The position numbers and the translations under genes were made by a program. The notes under the pieces were generated by a model. It was not told the origin of the DNA. It saw only the letters and a program-made list of their open reading frames with translations, and made no database searches. A DNA stretch of 32,000 bases from Paludibacteraceae bacterium (lineage in GTDB: Bacteria > Bacteroidota > Bacteroidia > Bacteroidales > Paludibacteraceae). Position 1 is the first letter of the stretch, and the number at the start of each line of letters is the position of its first letter. Shown here one piece after another: positions 16,023 to 27,394 of the stretch. The stretch is from contig JAGBVI010000070.1 in assembly GCA_017630395.1 (NCBI GenBank), forward strand, positions 630 through 32,629, read 5' to 3'.

Positions 16023-17336
16023 CTATTTTTGTCTAATAAAGATGTTGATCGGAGTCCCTCCAAAATTCCACTCTGCTCTCAATTTGTTTTCTAAAAAGCG
16101 TTTATATGGTTCTTTTACATATTGAGGAAGGTTCGCATAAAAGACGAAAGAGGGGATTTGTGTATCTGGTAATTGTGTTACATATTTGATTTTTATGTAT
16201 TTACCTTTTGTTGCAGGTGGCGGATAGTTTTCAATCAATGGCAAGAAAAATTCATTTAACTTGCTTGTTGATATTTTTCTTTTTTTGTTTTCATACACCT
16301 CCATTGCAGTTTCAATCACCTTCATAATCCTTTGTTTCGTGATAGCTGATGTAAAGATGATTGGGAAATCGGTAAATGGTGACAATCGTTCTCTAATTGC
16401 CTTTTCTACGGTAAGAGTACTCTTGGCATCTTTGTTTGTTATTAAGTCCCACTTATTTACGCAAATAACCAATCCCTTTTTATTTCGTTGAATTAGTTGC
16501 ACAATGTTCATGTCTTGTGCCTCTATTCCCCTTGTAGCATCAATCATTAAGATACAAACGTCTGAATTCTCAATAGACCGAATTGAGCGTATAACAGAGA
16601 AATATTCCAAATCTTCTGTTACCTTCCCTTTTTTTCTAATCCCGGCTGTATCTACCAAGTAAAAATCATATCCAAATTTGGTATAGCGTGAGTTTATGCT
16701 ATCTCGAGTTGTTCCGGCAATGTCTGTAACGATGTAGCGATCTTCGCCCATAAAGGCATTAATGATAGATGATTTTCCTGCGTTGGGCCGACCAACAACT
16801 GCAAAACGTGGCAAATCTTCCTCCATCTCTTCCTCTTTTTTTTGAGGAAGTTTCTCTATTATCACATCCAATAAGTCTCCTGTACCTGAGCCGGAGATAG
16901 AGGAGATACAATAGGGTTCACCTAAACCAAATTTATAAAATTCTGCTGAATAATATTGCAATGAAGTGTTGTCAACTTTATTACATACCAATACAACTTC
17001 TTTTTTTGAAGAGCGAAGGATTTGCGCAACTCTTTCATCCAAATCGGTAATCCCATTTTGAACATCTACGACAAATAAAATTACATCTGCCTCTTCTATT
17101 GCGATATTTACTTGTTTACGAATCTCTTCTTCGAAAATGTCATCAGAATTTACCACCCAACCTCCGGTATCAACTACGGAAAATTCTTTCCCACTCCAAT
17201 CTACTTTCCCATATTGTCGGTCTCGCGTTGTTCCTGCTTCTTCATTTACAATTGCATCACGTGTTTGTGTTAAACGATTGAATAATGTTGATTTCCCTAC
17301 ATTGGGACGACCTACTATTGCTACTAAATTGCTCAT
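16023..17336 (-). CDS. der: Ribosome-biogenesis GTPase Der (EngA), double GTPase domain
   Basis: Two G-domains ([14 protein letters not shown]...DTGG...NKVD and [14 protein letters not shown]...DTAG...NKWD) plus a C-terminal KH-like domain. Confidence 0.95.
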   Translation of the reverse strand: MSNLVAIVGRPNVGKSTLFNRLTQTRDAIVNEEAGTTRDRQYGKVDWSGKEFSVVDTGGWVVNSDDIFEEEIRKQVNIAIEEADVILFVVDVQNGITDLDERVAQILRSSKKEVVLVCNKVDNTSLQYYSAEFYKFGLGEPYCISSISGSGTGDLLDVIIEKLPQKKEEEMEEDLPRFAVVGRPNAGKSSIINAFMGEDRYIVTDIAGTTRDSINSRYTKFGYDFYLVDTAGIRKKGKVTEDLEYFSVIRSIRSIENSDVCILMIDATRGIEAQDMNIVQLIQRNKKGLVICVNKWDLITNKDAKSTLTVEKAIRERLSPFTDFPIIFTSAITKQRIMKVIETAMEVYENKKRKISTSKLNEFFLPLIENYPPPATKGKYIKIKYVTQLPDTQIPSFVFYANLPQYVKEPYKRFLENKLRAEWNFGGTPINIFIRQK

Positions 17337-17388
17337 AGAATTATTCTTTTATGTTTATTGGGATTGTTAATCAATTGACAATTTATAA

Positions 17389-18270
17389 TCAATAGTTCTG
17401 ATACCCAAAATCTTTTAACTTATTCTCTTTATTTCGCCAATCTTTTTCTACTTTGACATATAGCTCCAAAAATACTTTTTTGTCGAAAAAATTTTCAATG
17501 TCTTTTCTTGCTTCAGTTCCGACCTTCTTAAGCATTTTTCCTCCTTGACCTATGATTATCCCTTTTTGAGAATCCCGTTCTACATAGATCACGGCATTGA
17601 TATGAATCATCTTTTTATCCTCTTTGAAACTCTCTACAGCTACTTCAACAGAGTAGGGGACCTCTTTGTCATAATTTGTCAAAATTTTTTCTCTTATGAT
17701 CTCTGTTACAAAAAATCGAGCCGGTTTGTCCGTTAATGCGTCCTTTTCGAAAAATGGTGGTGAATCCGGTAATTGAGCCTTTATACGTTTCAATAGATGA
17801 TCTATATTAAAATTGTTGGTGGCAGAAATAGGAATAATCTCAGTATCAGGTAGTACCTCTTTCCATTTTTCAACCAATTCTATCAATTTTTCTTGATTTG
17901 TTAAGTCTATTTTGTTAATAATCAGCATAACCGGTGCTGATTGCTTTTTTACTTTTTCTAAGAAACTTTGATTTTTATCGAAACTTTCTACAACATCGGT
18001 GACGTATAATATTATGTCTGCATCCGTAAGTGCTCCGGTTGAAAAGTTCAGCATCGATTCTTGAAGTTTGTAATTAGGTTTAAGAACTCCGGGTGTGTCT
18101 GAATAGACTATCTGAAAATCTTCACCATTTACGATTCCCATTATTCGATGACGAGTTGTTTGTGCTTTTGAGGTGATAATTGATATTTTTTCACCTACCA
18201 ATGCATTCATTAATGTTGATTTACCAACATTCGGATTTCCGACTATATTTACAAAACCAGATTTATGCAT
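17389..18270 (-). CDS. era: GTPase Era
   Basis: [18 protein letters not shown] and NKID G-motifs, followed by a C-terminal KH domain (IIGQGGKMLKKVGTEAR). Confidence 0.95.
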   Translation of the reverse strand: MHKSGFVNIVGNPNVGKSTLMNALVGEKISIITSKAQTTRHRIMGIVNGEDFQIVYSDTPGVLKPNYKLQESMLNFSTGALTDADIILYVTDVVESFDKNQSFLEKVKKQSAPVMLIINKIDLTNQEKLIELVEKWKEVLPDTEIIPISATNNFNIDHLLKRIKAQLPDSPPFFEKDALTDKPARFFVTEIIREKILTNYDKEVPYSVEVAVESFKEDKKMIHINAVIYVERDSQKGIIIGQGGKMLKKVGTEARKDIENFFDKKVFLELYVKVEKDWRNKENKLKDFGYQNY

Positions 18271-18286
18271 AATAGATCATTTTTTG

Positions 18287-18294
18287 CAAAGTTA
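18287..18294 (-). promoter_or_regulatory. Candidate -7 box (TAACTTTG on the minus strand) for era-der
   Basis: The plus strand reads CAAAGTTA, 17 nt upstream of ATG 18270. Confidence 0.35.
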
Positions 18295-18624
18295 TAAAAA
18301 ATAGCGGAATTTTGCTAATTTACTATCTAAATCCGTTGTAAAATTTAGATTATTTCATTATTTTCCAAGATGTAAATAGCTGTGATTTGTAAGGTCATAA
18401 GAATTTTTGAACTTCCCTTAGAAGTTGTTTACATTTATTTTATTAAGTTATTTTTGAGTTTTACTTTTTCTTTTTCGGCCTCGTTGAGGCGTTATAAGTC
18501 TGTTTTTACTATTCTTTATTTAGAATAGAGTACTACTAATTGCAACAGAATAATAAACATAATCTTAAAATCGCTTTTAAATATGCTTAAATATTATTGA
18601 ATCAACTACTTAATAGATTTATGC

Positions 18625-18660
18625 AAAAAAGGATGTTTCTCTAATGAAACATCCTTTTTT
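18625..18660 (-). terminator. Rho-independent terminator of the atp operon (a symmetric A/T-flanked hairpin, potentially bidirectional)
   Basis: 15-bp perfect stem AAAAAAGGATGTTTC (18625-18639) pairing with GAAACATCCTTTTTT (18646-18660), with a 6-nt loop. It lies 23 nt after the atpG stop. Confidence 0.8.
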
Positions 18661-18682
18661 ATGTATGTGTGCTTTGTTGCTT

Positions 18683-19555
18683 CTAATTAGACAACGCTGC
18701 CGCACCGCCGACGATATCCAACAATTCGCTTGTAATAGCTTGTTGACGTGTCTTATTGTACAAAATTGTTAGCTCATTAATCAATTCATTGGCATTATCA
18801 GTAGCTACTTGCATAGCCACAACCCTTGCACCATGTTCAGATGCATTAGAATCCAATAAACAAGCATACATTTTAGTACGTAACGCCTTTGGCAATAGAG
18901 ATTCCAAAATTTCAGCCTTGCTTGGTTCTACCAAGTAGTCGCCACTCATTTTTTCACCCGCTCCATTCGCTTCCAAAGAGATAGGAAGGAATGTTTCTGT
19001 TGTCAATTTTTGAACAGCAGTATTTTTCATGTGATGATAAATCACAATAACTTTATCATACTCTTTATTCAAAAATTTAGCCATTAGTTCGTTGGTAATT
19101 TCGCTAATGCCATCAAAAGAAGGATGATTAGCCAAATCGTTAGAGATATCAACGATTTTCACACCACTCATCTTTTGCGAAGCCTCTTTAACCTTTTTAC
19201 CGATAGGGTAGAGGGTTACAGAAGTCTGTGCGTTAGCCTCTTTTTTAATTACCGCATTCAACTCTTTTATGACGTTGGAATTGAAAGCTCCACAAAGGCT
19301 TGAATTAGAAGAAAAAACTACAATTGCCAAGTTCTTGACCTCTCTTACGGCCGAAAAATCGGATTGAAAATCTGATTCTGTGGCCAAAAAGTTGTTCAAG
19401 ATCCCATTAAGACGACTTTGATACGGCGAAATGTTTTCGATAGCCATTTGGGCCTTTTTCAATTTTGCCGAAGAAATCATCTTCATAGCTCCGGTTATCT
19501 TTTTTGTAGTATTAACCGAACCAATTCTTGCTTTTACTTCTTTTAATGATGCCAT
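18683..19555 (-). CDS. atpG: F1 ATP synthase gamma subunit
   Basis: MASLKEVKARIGSVNTTKKITGAMKMISSAKLKKAQ... and the C-terminal ITSELLDIVGGAAAL are canonical gamma termini. Confidence 0.95.
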   Translation of the reverse strand: MASLKEVKARIGSVNTTKKITGAMKMISSAKLKKAQMAIENISPYQSRLNGILNNFLATESDFQSDFSAVREVKNLAIVVFSSNSSLCGAFNSNVIKELNAVIKKEANAQTSVTLYPIGKKVKEASQKMSGVKIVDISNDLANHPSFDGISEITNELMAKFLNKEYDKVIVIYHHMKNTAVQKLTTETFLPISLEANGAGEKMSGDYLVEPSKAEILESLLPKALRTKMYACLLDSNASEHGARVVAMQVATDNANELINELTILYNKTRQQAITSELLDIVGGAAALSN

Positions 19556-19558
19556 TTA

Positions 19559-21139
19559 CTAAACATTAATTTTTTTAATAACAACTTCCGCTTCTTGTTT
19601 TAAGATGCCTTTGATGTTATCATCGATGATTCCTTTCTTCAATTGAGCAAGTACATCTTCTTTATGTAGATGTTCCAATCTCTCGATGAAATCTTTTTCA
19701 AATTCAGGAACCTTTTCAACCGGAATAACATTCAATAAACCTTGAGTACCACAATAGATTACAGCGATTTGATGTTCTACCGGGTATGGAGTATATTGAG
19801 GTTGTTTCAAAAGTTCAGTATTTCTGATACCTTTGTCGATTGTCATTTTGGTTACGGCATCCATATCTCCACCGAATCGGGTAAAAGATTCCAATTCGCG
19901 GTATTGAGCCTGGTCTGTTTTCAATGTTCCGGCAATAGACTTCATAGCTTTCACTTGAGCACTACCACCCACACGAGATACAGAGATACCCACGTTAATT
20001 GCAGGACGAATACCTGCGTTAAACATATTTGTTTCCAAGAATATCTGTCCGTCTGTAATTGAAATTACATTGGTTGGGATATACGCAGAAACGTCTCCGG
20101 CTTGAGTCTCAATAATTGGAAGTGCAGTTAACGAACCTCCACCTTTTACTCTTCCTTGCAAAGATTTAGGTAGGTCATTCATTTGCGATGCCACATTGTC
20201 ATTGTTAATGATTTTTGCAGCACGTTCCAATAATCTTGAGTGAAGATAGAATACATCTCCTGGATAAGCCTCACGTCCTGATGGACGTTTCAAAATCAAA
20301 GATACCTCACGATATGCAACCGCTTGTTTTGATAGGTCATCATATACCACTAATGCATGCTTTCCTTGATCACGGAAATATTCTCCGATTGCAGCTCCTG
20401 CAAATGGAGCAAAGTATTGCATTGCAGCAGGGTCAGATGCTGTTGCAGATACGATGATGGTGTAATCCATTGCACCATGTTCTTTCAACGTATTTACAAT
20501 GTTAGCAACTGTTGAACCTTTTTGTCCCACAGCAACGTAGATACAATAAACAGGATTTCCGCTCTCGTAAGCCTCTTTTTGGTTTATGATGGTGTCAATT
20601 GCAATTGCAGTTTTTCCCGTTTGACGGTCTCCAATAATCAACTCACGTTGTCCGCGACCGATAGGAATCATGGCGTCAATAGCTTTGATACCTGTTTGTA
20701 ACGGTTGTTTTACCGGTTCACGAAAGATTACACCAGGTGCTTTTCTTTCCAAAGGCATCTCTATCAACTCTCCTTTGATTGGTCCTAAACCATCTATTGG
20801 GGCTCCAATTGAATTTACAACTCGTCCAACCATACCTTCTCCCGTCATGATGGAAGCGATACGACCGGTTCTTTTTACGGTGTCTCCCTCACTAATTTGG
20901 TCTGTTGGACCCAATAACACAGCTCCAACGTTATCCTCTTCCAAGTTCAAGACCACCGCATTAATGCCGTTTTCGAACTCTAAAAGCTCTCCTGCTTCGG
21001 CATTTTGCAGACCGTACATGCGAACTACACCATCACTAACTTGTAGAACGGTTCCTACTTCCTCGAATTTTACTTTCGTATCGAGTTCTTGTAGTTGCAT
21101 TTTTAGCACGTCGGATACTTCACTTGCTTTTATTGCCAT
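19559..21139 (-). CDS. atpA: F1 ATP synthase alpha subunit
   Basis: Walker A GDRQTGKT, in a 526-aa alpha pattern ([24 protein letters not shown]). Confidence 0.97.
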   Translation of the reverse strand: MAIKASEVSDVLKMQLQELDTKVKFEEVGTVLQVSDGVVRMYGLQNAEAGELLEFENGINAVVLNLEEDNVGAVLLGPTDQISEGDTVKRTGRIASIMTGEGMVGRVVNSIGAPIDGLGPIKGELIEMPLERKAPGVIFREPVKQPLQTGIKAIDAMIPIGRGQRELIIGDRQTGKTAIAIDTIINQKEAYESGNPVYCIYVAVGQKGSTVANIVNTLKEHGAMDYTIIVSATASDPAAMQYFAPFAGAAIGEYFRDQGKHALVVYDDLSKQAVAYREVSLILKRPSGREAYPGDVFYLHSRLLERAAKIINNDNVASQMNDLPKSLQGRVKGGGSLTALPIIETQAGDVSAYIPTNVISITDGQIFLETNMFNAGIRPAINVGISVSRVGGSAQVKAMKSIAGTLKTDQAQYRELESFTRFGGDMDAVTKMTIDKGIRNTELLKQPQYTPYPVEHQIAVIYCGTQGLLNVIPVEKVPEFEKDFIERLEHLHKEDVLAQLKKGIIDDNIKGILKQEAEVVIKKINV

Positions 21140-21173
21140 AATTGTTTCTTTTTAATTTACGAATACATAAAAG

Positions 21174-21728
21174 TTAAACATCTTTTGCGTTACTGTGCAA
21201 TAACTTATCTTTTACCATTCTTAATTGACTTTTTATGCTTGCATCCAATTGGTAGGTTTCCACATTTAATATAAAACCTCCAATCAATTCCGGATCTACG
21301 CATTTTTCAAATTCAATGGTTCCGGTAGTTATACTCTTTACAGCATTTTTCATACGCTCTTCTTCTGCTTCCGTAATTGGTTGGGCAGAAGTGATCTTGC
21401 TTATTACTATGTTCTTTTCCTTTCGGTAAAGATCTTGATAAACAAGACTGATGCTTTGAAAGTATTCCTCTCGTTTATGCTCGACGACCAAATCCACAAA
21501 ACGCTTGAATTCGGCACATACTTGGGTACCTGCAGCTGTGATAAGCAAAGCTTTTTTCTTTTCTGCAGAGAGCGTAGGATTTGATAATGCCTCATTTAGT
21601 TCAGGCACCTCCATGAAACTATTTGCAACTATTTTCATCTCGTTGTAAACAGTCTCTTCCTGCTTCTGCTCTTCTGCAAATTTATAAAGAGCTTTTGCAT
21701 ATCTTGCTGAAATTTTACCTGTAATCAT
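21174..21728 (-). CDS. atpH: F1 ATP synthase delta (OSCP) subunit
   Basis: 184 aa. ISARYAKALYKFAEE at the N-terminus and IGGFILNVETYQLDASIKSQL near the C-terminus are typical OSCP/delta features. It sits between atpF and atpA. Confidence 0.85.
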   Translation of the reverse strand: MITGKISARYAKALYKFAEEQKQEETVYNEMKIVANSFMEVPELNEALSNPTLSAEKKKALLITAAGTQVCAEFKRFVDLVVEHKREEYFQSISLVYQDLYRKEKNIVISKITSAQPITEAEEERMKNAVKSITTGTIEFEKCVDPELIGGFILNVETYQLDASIKSQLRMVKDKLLHSNAKDV

Positions 21729-21734
21729 CAGCTA

Positions 21735-22235
21735 TTACGATTTTGCGATGTTAATTTCATCCAAAAGTTTTGTTATCATGTCATCTTGAGCTTTTGCATC
21801 TTTCAATTCGCCACGAATAATCTTTTCTGCAATCTTTACAGACAATTCAGCGACTTGAGAGCGAATCTCTTTGACGGCATTATCCTTCTCCAATTGGACG
21901 CTTTCGTTACCTCTTTCAATGATTTTTGCAGCCTCTATATTTGCTTGCGCTTGGGCTTCAGCAATCATTCGATTTTTTTGTTCAGATGCTTCTTTTAACA
22001 TCTCTAATCGCTCATTTTTTGTCTCTGCCAATAGTTTTTCTCCCTCGGCTTTGATATTTGCTAATGCGGCATTTGCCTCATCTGCTTTTTTAAGCGATTC
22101 TTCGATGTAGTTTCCTCTCTCTTCAATCATACTGACGATTACCGGCCAGCCGAATTTCCCCAATATGAGTGCCAATATAGAGAAGCTAAGCACCATCCAA
22201 AACAATAGTCCAAAGTCCGGTGTTAATAAATCCAT
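21735..22235 (-). CDS. atpF: Fo ATP synthase b subunit
   Basis: 166 aa with a single N-terminal TM helix followed by a long charged, Ala-rich helix. It sits between atpE and atpH. Confidence 0.85.
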   Translation of the reverse strand: MDLLTPDFGLLFWMVLSFSILALILGKFGWPVIVSMIEERGNYIEESLKKADEANAALANIKAEGEKLLAETKNERLEMLKEASEQKNRMIAEAQAQANIEAAKIIERGNESVQLEKDNAVKEIRSQVAELSVKIAEKIIRGELKDAKAQDDMITKLLDEINIAKS

Positions 22236-22257
22236 AGCTTCTTCTTTTTAGAGATTA

Positions 22258-22530
<273 letters not shown>

Positions 22531-22558
22531 TTATTATTTACGTTTATTATTCTCTTTT

Positions 22559-23653
22559 TTATTTTGAATGATGTGGTTCAACTTGTGCTAAACCTATAAA
22601 TATTGCCGATAGCATTGTAAATACGTAGGCTTGAATGAAACATACCAAGCACTCCAACAACGACATAAACACAACTAATAAGACAGAGAATACTGATACT
22701 GCTCCTCCTACTATTGTTCCCAATGTCGATGAAAATACGAATATCAAACCTATTAGCACTAATACCATTACGTGTCCGGCAAACATATTCGCAAAGAGAC
22801 GTATGCATAATGCAAATGGTTTTGTAAAGATTCCTATCAACTCAATAAATGGCATGATCGGAATTGGAACTTTTAACCATGCAGGTACTTCCGGCCAAAA
22901 TATCTCTTTCCAATACTCTTTGGTTCCAAAAATATTTGTTAACAAGAATGTTATTACCGCTAATACCAACGTAATTGCTATATTTCCTGTCAAATTGGCT
23001 CCTCCCGGAAATATCGGTATGATTCCCAATAAGTTGTTTAAGAATATAAAGAAAAACGCTGTCAGTAAGTAGGACGAGAATTTTTTATAATTCTTTCCAA
23101 TACTTGGCTTAATGATATCATCATGAAGCGATATTATCAGTGGTTCCAATAATGCTTGTATTCCTGTTGGACGTGTTCGATTGTTCTTCTTGTACTTGTT
23201 TGCAATAGACAAGAATATGATTAGTAGGAGAGCGCAACTCATTAAAAGTGAAAGTACATTCTTGGTTATCGAGATATCCAAGGGACGCTCGCCCGTACTC
23301 ACTTCTATTATTTTTCCTGCGTTTGGTTCTCCTTCTTCTGCAATTCTATATCCATTGTACTCCGTGTAGTGACCCTCATGTCCCAACTTGGAGGAGCAAA
23401 ATAGATCCCAACCGTTTTGACCCTTAACGATGCATAACAATGGTATCGATATATGGTGTCCATCTATCGTTGTGATATGCCAATCATAAGCATCGCTAAT
23501 ATGCCCGAATATTAACTTCTTCATATCTACTTCCTCCTTCTCTTGCTTTTCCGGAGTTAACCCCTCGCTTGCAAAAGTTGGCAAAGAGAATGATACGAAC
23601 AACGCTAATATTGTCGCAACAAGTTTTGCTTTTGTGATTTTGAATTGACTCAT
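22559..23653 (-). CDS. atpB: Fo ATP synthase a subunit, with the long N-terminal extension typical of Bacteroidetes
   Basis: The essential Arg is in FALCIRLFANMFAGH. Start set at ATG 23653 (MSQFKITKAKLVATILALFVSF...), which overlaps the upstream ORF's stop as ATGA. The ORF-track extension to 23782 lies inside the upstream gene. Confidence 0.9.
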   Translation of the reverse strand: MSQFKITKAKLVATILALFVSFSLPTFASEGLTPEKQEKEEVDMKKLIFGHISDAYDWHITTIDGHHISIPLLCIVKGQNGWDLFCSSKLGHEGHYTEYNGYRIAEEGEPNAGKIIEVSTGERPLDISITKNVLSLLMSCALLLIIFLSIANKYKKNNRTRPTGIQALLEPLIISLHDDIIKPSIGKNYKKFSSYLLTAFFFIFLNNLLGIIPIFPGGANLTGNIAITLVLAVITFLLTNIFGTKEYWKEIFWPEVPAWLKVPIPIMPFIELIGIFTKPFALCIRLFANMFAGHVMVLVLIGLIFVFSSTLGTIVGGAVSVFSVLLVVFMSLLECLVCFIQAYVFTMLSAIFIGLAQVEPHHSK

Positions 23654-24033
23654 TTTTTTAATTCTTTGTTGATGTTTATTGAAATTATGACTTCCAATAT
23701 CGTATAGGCTACATAGAATAGAGATAAAGCGAGTAGGAATGACACCATATTCTCTTTTATGAACACTACATACAATACGCATAGTAAAATTGTAATAAAT
23801 AACTTTATTGCTTTACTTAGCATAAATGCCATTTGAAACTTTTGATGTCCCATTTGCATAGCTTTGTTCAAAATTGGTATAGTTAGCACTCCTATTACGA
23901 TGAAATATAGTGGTATTGCTGTGTAAAGTGGAAAATAGTATTGGGGAAAACAAGTGTAGATTCCTGCTCCTATCATCCCTAAAATGGATATTCCTAACAC
24001 TAAAAATAAACTATTTTTCATCAATGAACTCAT
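23650..24033 (-). CDS. Small four-TM membrane protein in the AtpI/AtpZ position of the atp operon
   Basis: 127 aa with four hydrophobic helices. It sits between atpC and atpB with a 4-nt gap upstream and an ATGA overlap downstream. I recognised no family motif with confidence. Confidence 0.65.
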   Translation of the reverse strand: MSSLMKNSLFLVLGISILGMIGAGIYTCFPQYYFPLYTAIPLYFIVIGVLTIPILNKAMQMGHQKFQMAFMLSKAIKLFITILLCVLYVVFIKENMVSFLLALSLFYVAYTILEVIISININKELKK

Positions 24034-24037
24034 CTTC

Positions 24038-24286
24038 CTACTCTTCTATTATATTTTCTACGCAAACATATATAGTATCTTCCTTTACCTCTGCAAAGCC
24101 TCCATCTATTTTGATTGTTGTGGTTGCTCCCTCCATTGTGTAAGAGAGTTCACCATTAAGTAATGATGATATTAAGGCTGCATGACGTGGAAGTACCGTG
24201 AATCGTCCTCCTCCGCCAGGTAAATTCACAGAATCTACTTCTCCTGAAAATACCAATTTGTCCGGTGATATGATTTCTAATTTCAT
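24038..24286 (-). CDS. atpC: F1 ATP synthase epsilon subunit, beta-sandwich domain only
   Basis: MKLEIISPDKLVFSGEVDSVNLPGGGGRFTVLPRHAALISSL...IDGGFAEVKEDTIYV is the epsilon N-terminal domain pattern. The protein ends at 82 aa. Confidence 0.9.
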   Translation of the reverse strand: MKLEIISPDKLVFSGEVDSVNLPGGGGRFTVLPRHAALISSLLNGELSYTMEGATTTIKIDGGFAEVKEDTIYVCVENIIEE

Positions 24287-24328
24287 ACGATATAAATTTT
24301 GCTGTAAAACAACCTTGCTTTTGCCTGA

Positions 24329-25849
<1,521 letters not shown>

Positions 25850-25933
25850 TTATGGTATTAATATTTCTTTCAATTTTTCTCTTACTTGTTTTTACTCTCA
25901 TAGAGTGGCAGTTTTTCCCAAACAAGTTATTTG

Positions 25934-25941
25934 CAAATATA
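25934..25941 (-). promoter_or_regulatory. Candidate -7 box (TATATTTG on the minus strand) for the atp operon
   Basis: The plus strand reads CAAATATA, about 100 nt upstream of the atpD ATG. No clear -33 element. Confidence 0.3.
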
Positions 25942-26231
25942 AGTTTTTTTTTATGCGATTAAAATTTTAAGTTAATTTTTTTTTGAAAATAATTTAATTT
26001 TTACACTTTGTTAAAATGTTTTTGCTTTTAAAGTTTTTTAATCTTTTTTAATTGTTTTAATTTCTAATTGGTTGTGATTCATTGTTTTATTTGATGCTGA
26101 TAGGGATGGGATTTTATCCGTTTACTGTGATTCTTTGTTTTGCTTTTTGGGGAAAGTTTCCTTGTTTTGAACTTTTTATTTTAAATCTATTTTTTCTTTT
26201 TTTTCTGTTGTTTGACATGTTTTTCGTTTAT

Positions 26232-26669
26232 TTACCACTTTACTCGTTTGAGTAGATTAAATTTAAAATCGAATATAAGGATGGTTTTTTTGCTTAATTC
26301 TACTATATAGTAGCTTCTTTTTCTTGAAATCCGAATTATTTCATCGTCAATCTTATTTCTTTCTATGTATTCTGCTATTTTCTTTGGAACAATTTTTGAT
26401 GATAGTTCTTCTCGGAGACACTCAACTTCTTTCCAATTCCCATTTTCTTCAAATGATATATTGCATCCATTATCCAAGGCTACTGAGTAGGAGAGTATTC
26501 GATAATTATTTTTTTCTATATGGGTGATTAGTACTTTGTTTTCCGGATAATATTGCAATAAAAAGTTTTGTACTTTGGGTGGTAGTTGTGTGAAGTCTGT
26601 TTTGATAATTTCTCTGGCTTTGATTGGTGTTAGAACAGAGATGAGGAGTATTGGTATAAGTTTTTTCAT
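26232..26669 (-). CDS. PepSY-like (DUF2874-type) periplasmic protein
   Basis: Signal peptide MKKLIPILLISVLTPIKA. Two repeats of the LP.KV..FL...YP...I...EK....Y.V.L.NG....F...G.W pattern. Start set at ATG 26669 rather than 26684. Confidence 0.7.
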   Translation of the reverse strand: MKKLIPILLISVLTPIKAREIIKTDFTQLPPKVQNFLLQYYPENKVLITHIEKNNYRILSYSVALDNGCNISFEENGNWKEVECLREELSSKIVPKKIAEYIERNKIDDEIIRISRKRSYYIVELSKKTILIFDFKFNLLKRVKW

Positions 26670-26761
26670 GAGGAATAGTGTCATGTCTCCTCATAGAACA
26701 AATCTAATTTGTTTTCAGTTTGTTTTTGGCAAAAAAAAAATATAATGGTTACTATGACTTT

Positions 26762-27214
26762 TTATTCACACTCTCTTTTTTTGCATTGTTCACATTGTCC
26801 GTATAGGGCGAGGGTATAGTGTGAGGTGGTGAAATTCCAGATATGTTTATTTTGAATTATTCTACGGATATTGGGGTCGGAAAACTTTTTAATTTTTCCG
26901 CACGTGTTGCAAATCATGTAATGAAGGTTACTATTTAAAGACTTTTCGTACATGGTTCGATTTCCACCTAATTGTAGTCGGGTGACCAAGCCACAATCTT
27001 CGAGAATCTCAATATTGTTGTATAAGGTGGCTTTGCTAATGGAAAATTCTGTTATCATCAATGTGTGTAGAGTTTCGATATCAAAGGGGCCTTTGAATCC
27101 ATAAATAAACTCTAAAATAGAGTAGCGTTCAGGAGTCTTTCTCATCTTGTTTTTGGTGAGATAGTCTGTTAGAATTTGTGCTGCATGTTTTTTTATTTTT
27201 TCATTGTTTTCCAT
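26762..27214 (-). CDS. Fur-family transcriptional regulator (second paralogue in the window)
   Basis: Winged helix (RKTPERYSILEFIY...ISKATLYNNIEILEDCGLVTRL) plus two CxxC pairs (ICNTCGK and QCEQCKK). Confidence 0.8.
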   Translation of the reverse strand: MENNEKIKKHAAQILTDYLTKNKMRKTPERYSILEFIYGFKGPFDIETLHTLMITEFSISKATLYNNIEILEDCGLVTRLQLGGNRTMYEKSLNSNLHYMICNTCGKIKKFSDPNIRRIIQNKHIWNFTTSHYTLALYGQCEQCKKRECE

Positions 27215-27239
27215 TCTTTTGTTATCTTTGAATCTTTCG

Positions 27240-27247
27240 CAAAATTA
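27240..27247 (-). promoter_or_regulatory. Candidate -7 box (TAATTTTG on the minus strand) for the second Fur-family gene
   Basis: The plus strand reads CAAAATTA, 26 nt upstream of ATG 27214. Confidence 0.35.
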
Positions 27248-27318
27248 CTATTTTTTTCATTTTTTGAAACTAAATACAGACTTAAAAAGGACTATGTATA
27301 AATTTTATTTTGAGAATA

Positions 27319-27351
27319 TTTGACTACTTAGTGGAATATTTCTTAAATTTG
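27319..27351 (+). promoter_or_regulatory. Bacteroides-type promoter for pheT
   Basis: TTTG at 27319-27322, a 21-nt spacer, and TAAATTTG at 27344-27351. It lies 44 nt upstream of ATG 27395. Confidence 0.5.
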
Positions 27352-27394
27352 CATGATTTATAAGAAAATAGATTTTTTACAAAAATAGTTAACG

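Noticed and set aside
17337-17388. The 8-bp palindrome TCAATTGA in the 52-nt era-der gap, considered as a regulatory site.
   Set aside because: It is too short to stand out from chance in AT-rich DNA. era-der-mgtC-like spacing (52 and 24 nt) fits simple co-transcription.
23654-23782. A 43-codon N-terminal extension of atpB on the ORF track (MRIVCSVHKREYG...).
   Set aside because: It overlaps the upstream four-TM ORF in another frame. The internal ATG at 23653 gives a typical signal-like N-terminus and an ATGA coupling overlap.
25942-26231. A 290-bp stretch that is strongly T-rich on the plus strand, with TTGTTTT recurring at 26052, 26082, 26135 and 26162. I considered an sRNA gene, curved DNA or a degenerate repeat array.
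   Set aside because: The spacings (30, 53 and 27 bp) are irregular. There is no hairpin, no ORF and no repeat unit longer than 9 nt. It is consistent with ordinary AT-rich DNA lying upstream of one promoter and downstream of another gene.
26948-26965. GGTTCGATTTCC resembles a tRNA T-arm.
   Set aside because: It lies inside the well-supported Fur-family CDS, and no acceptor or anticodon stems can be built around it.
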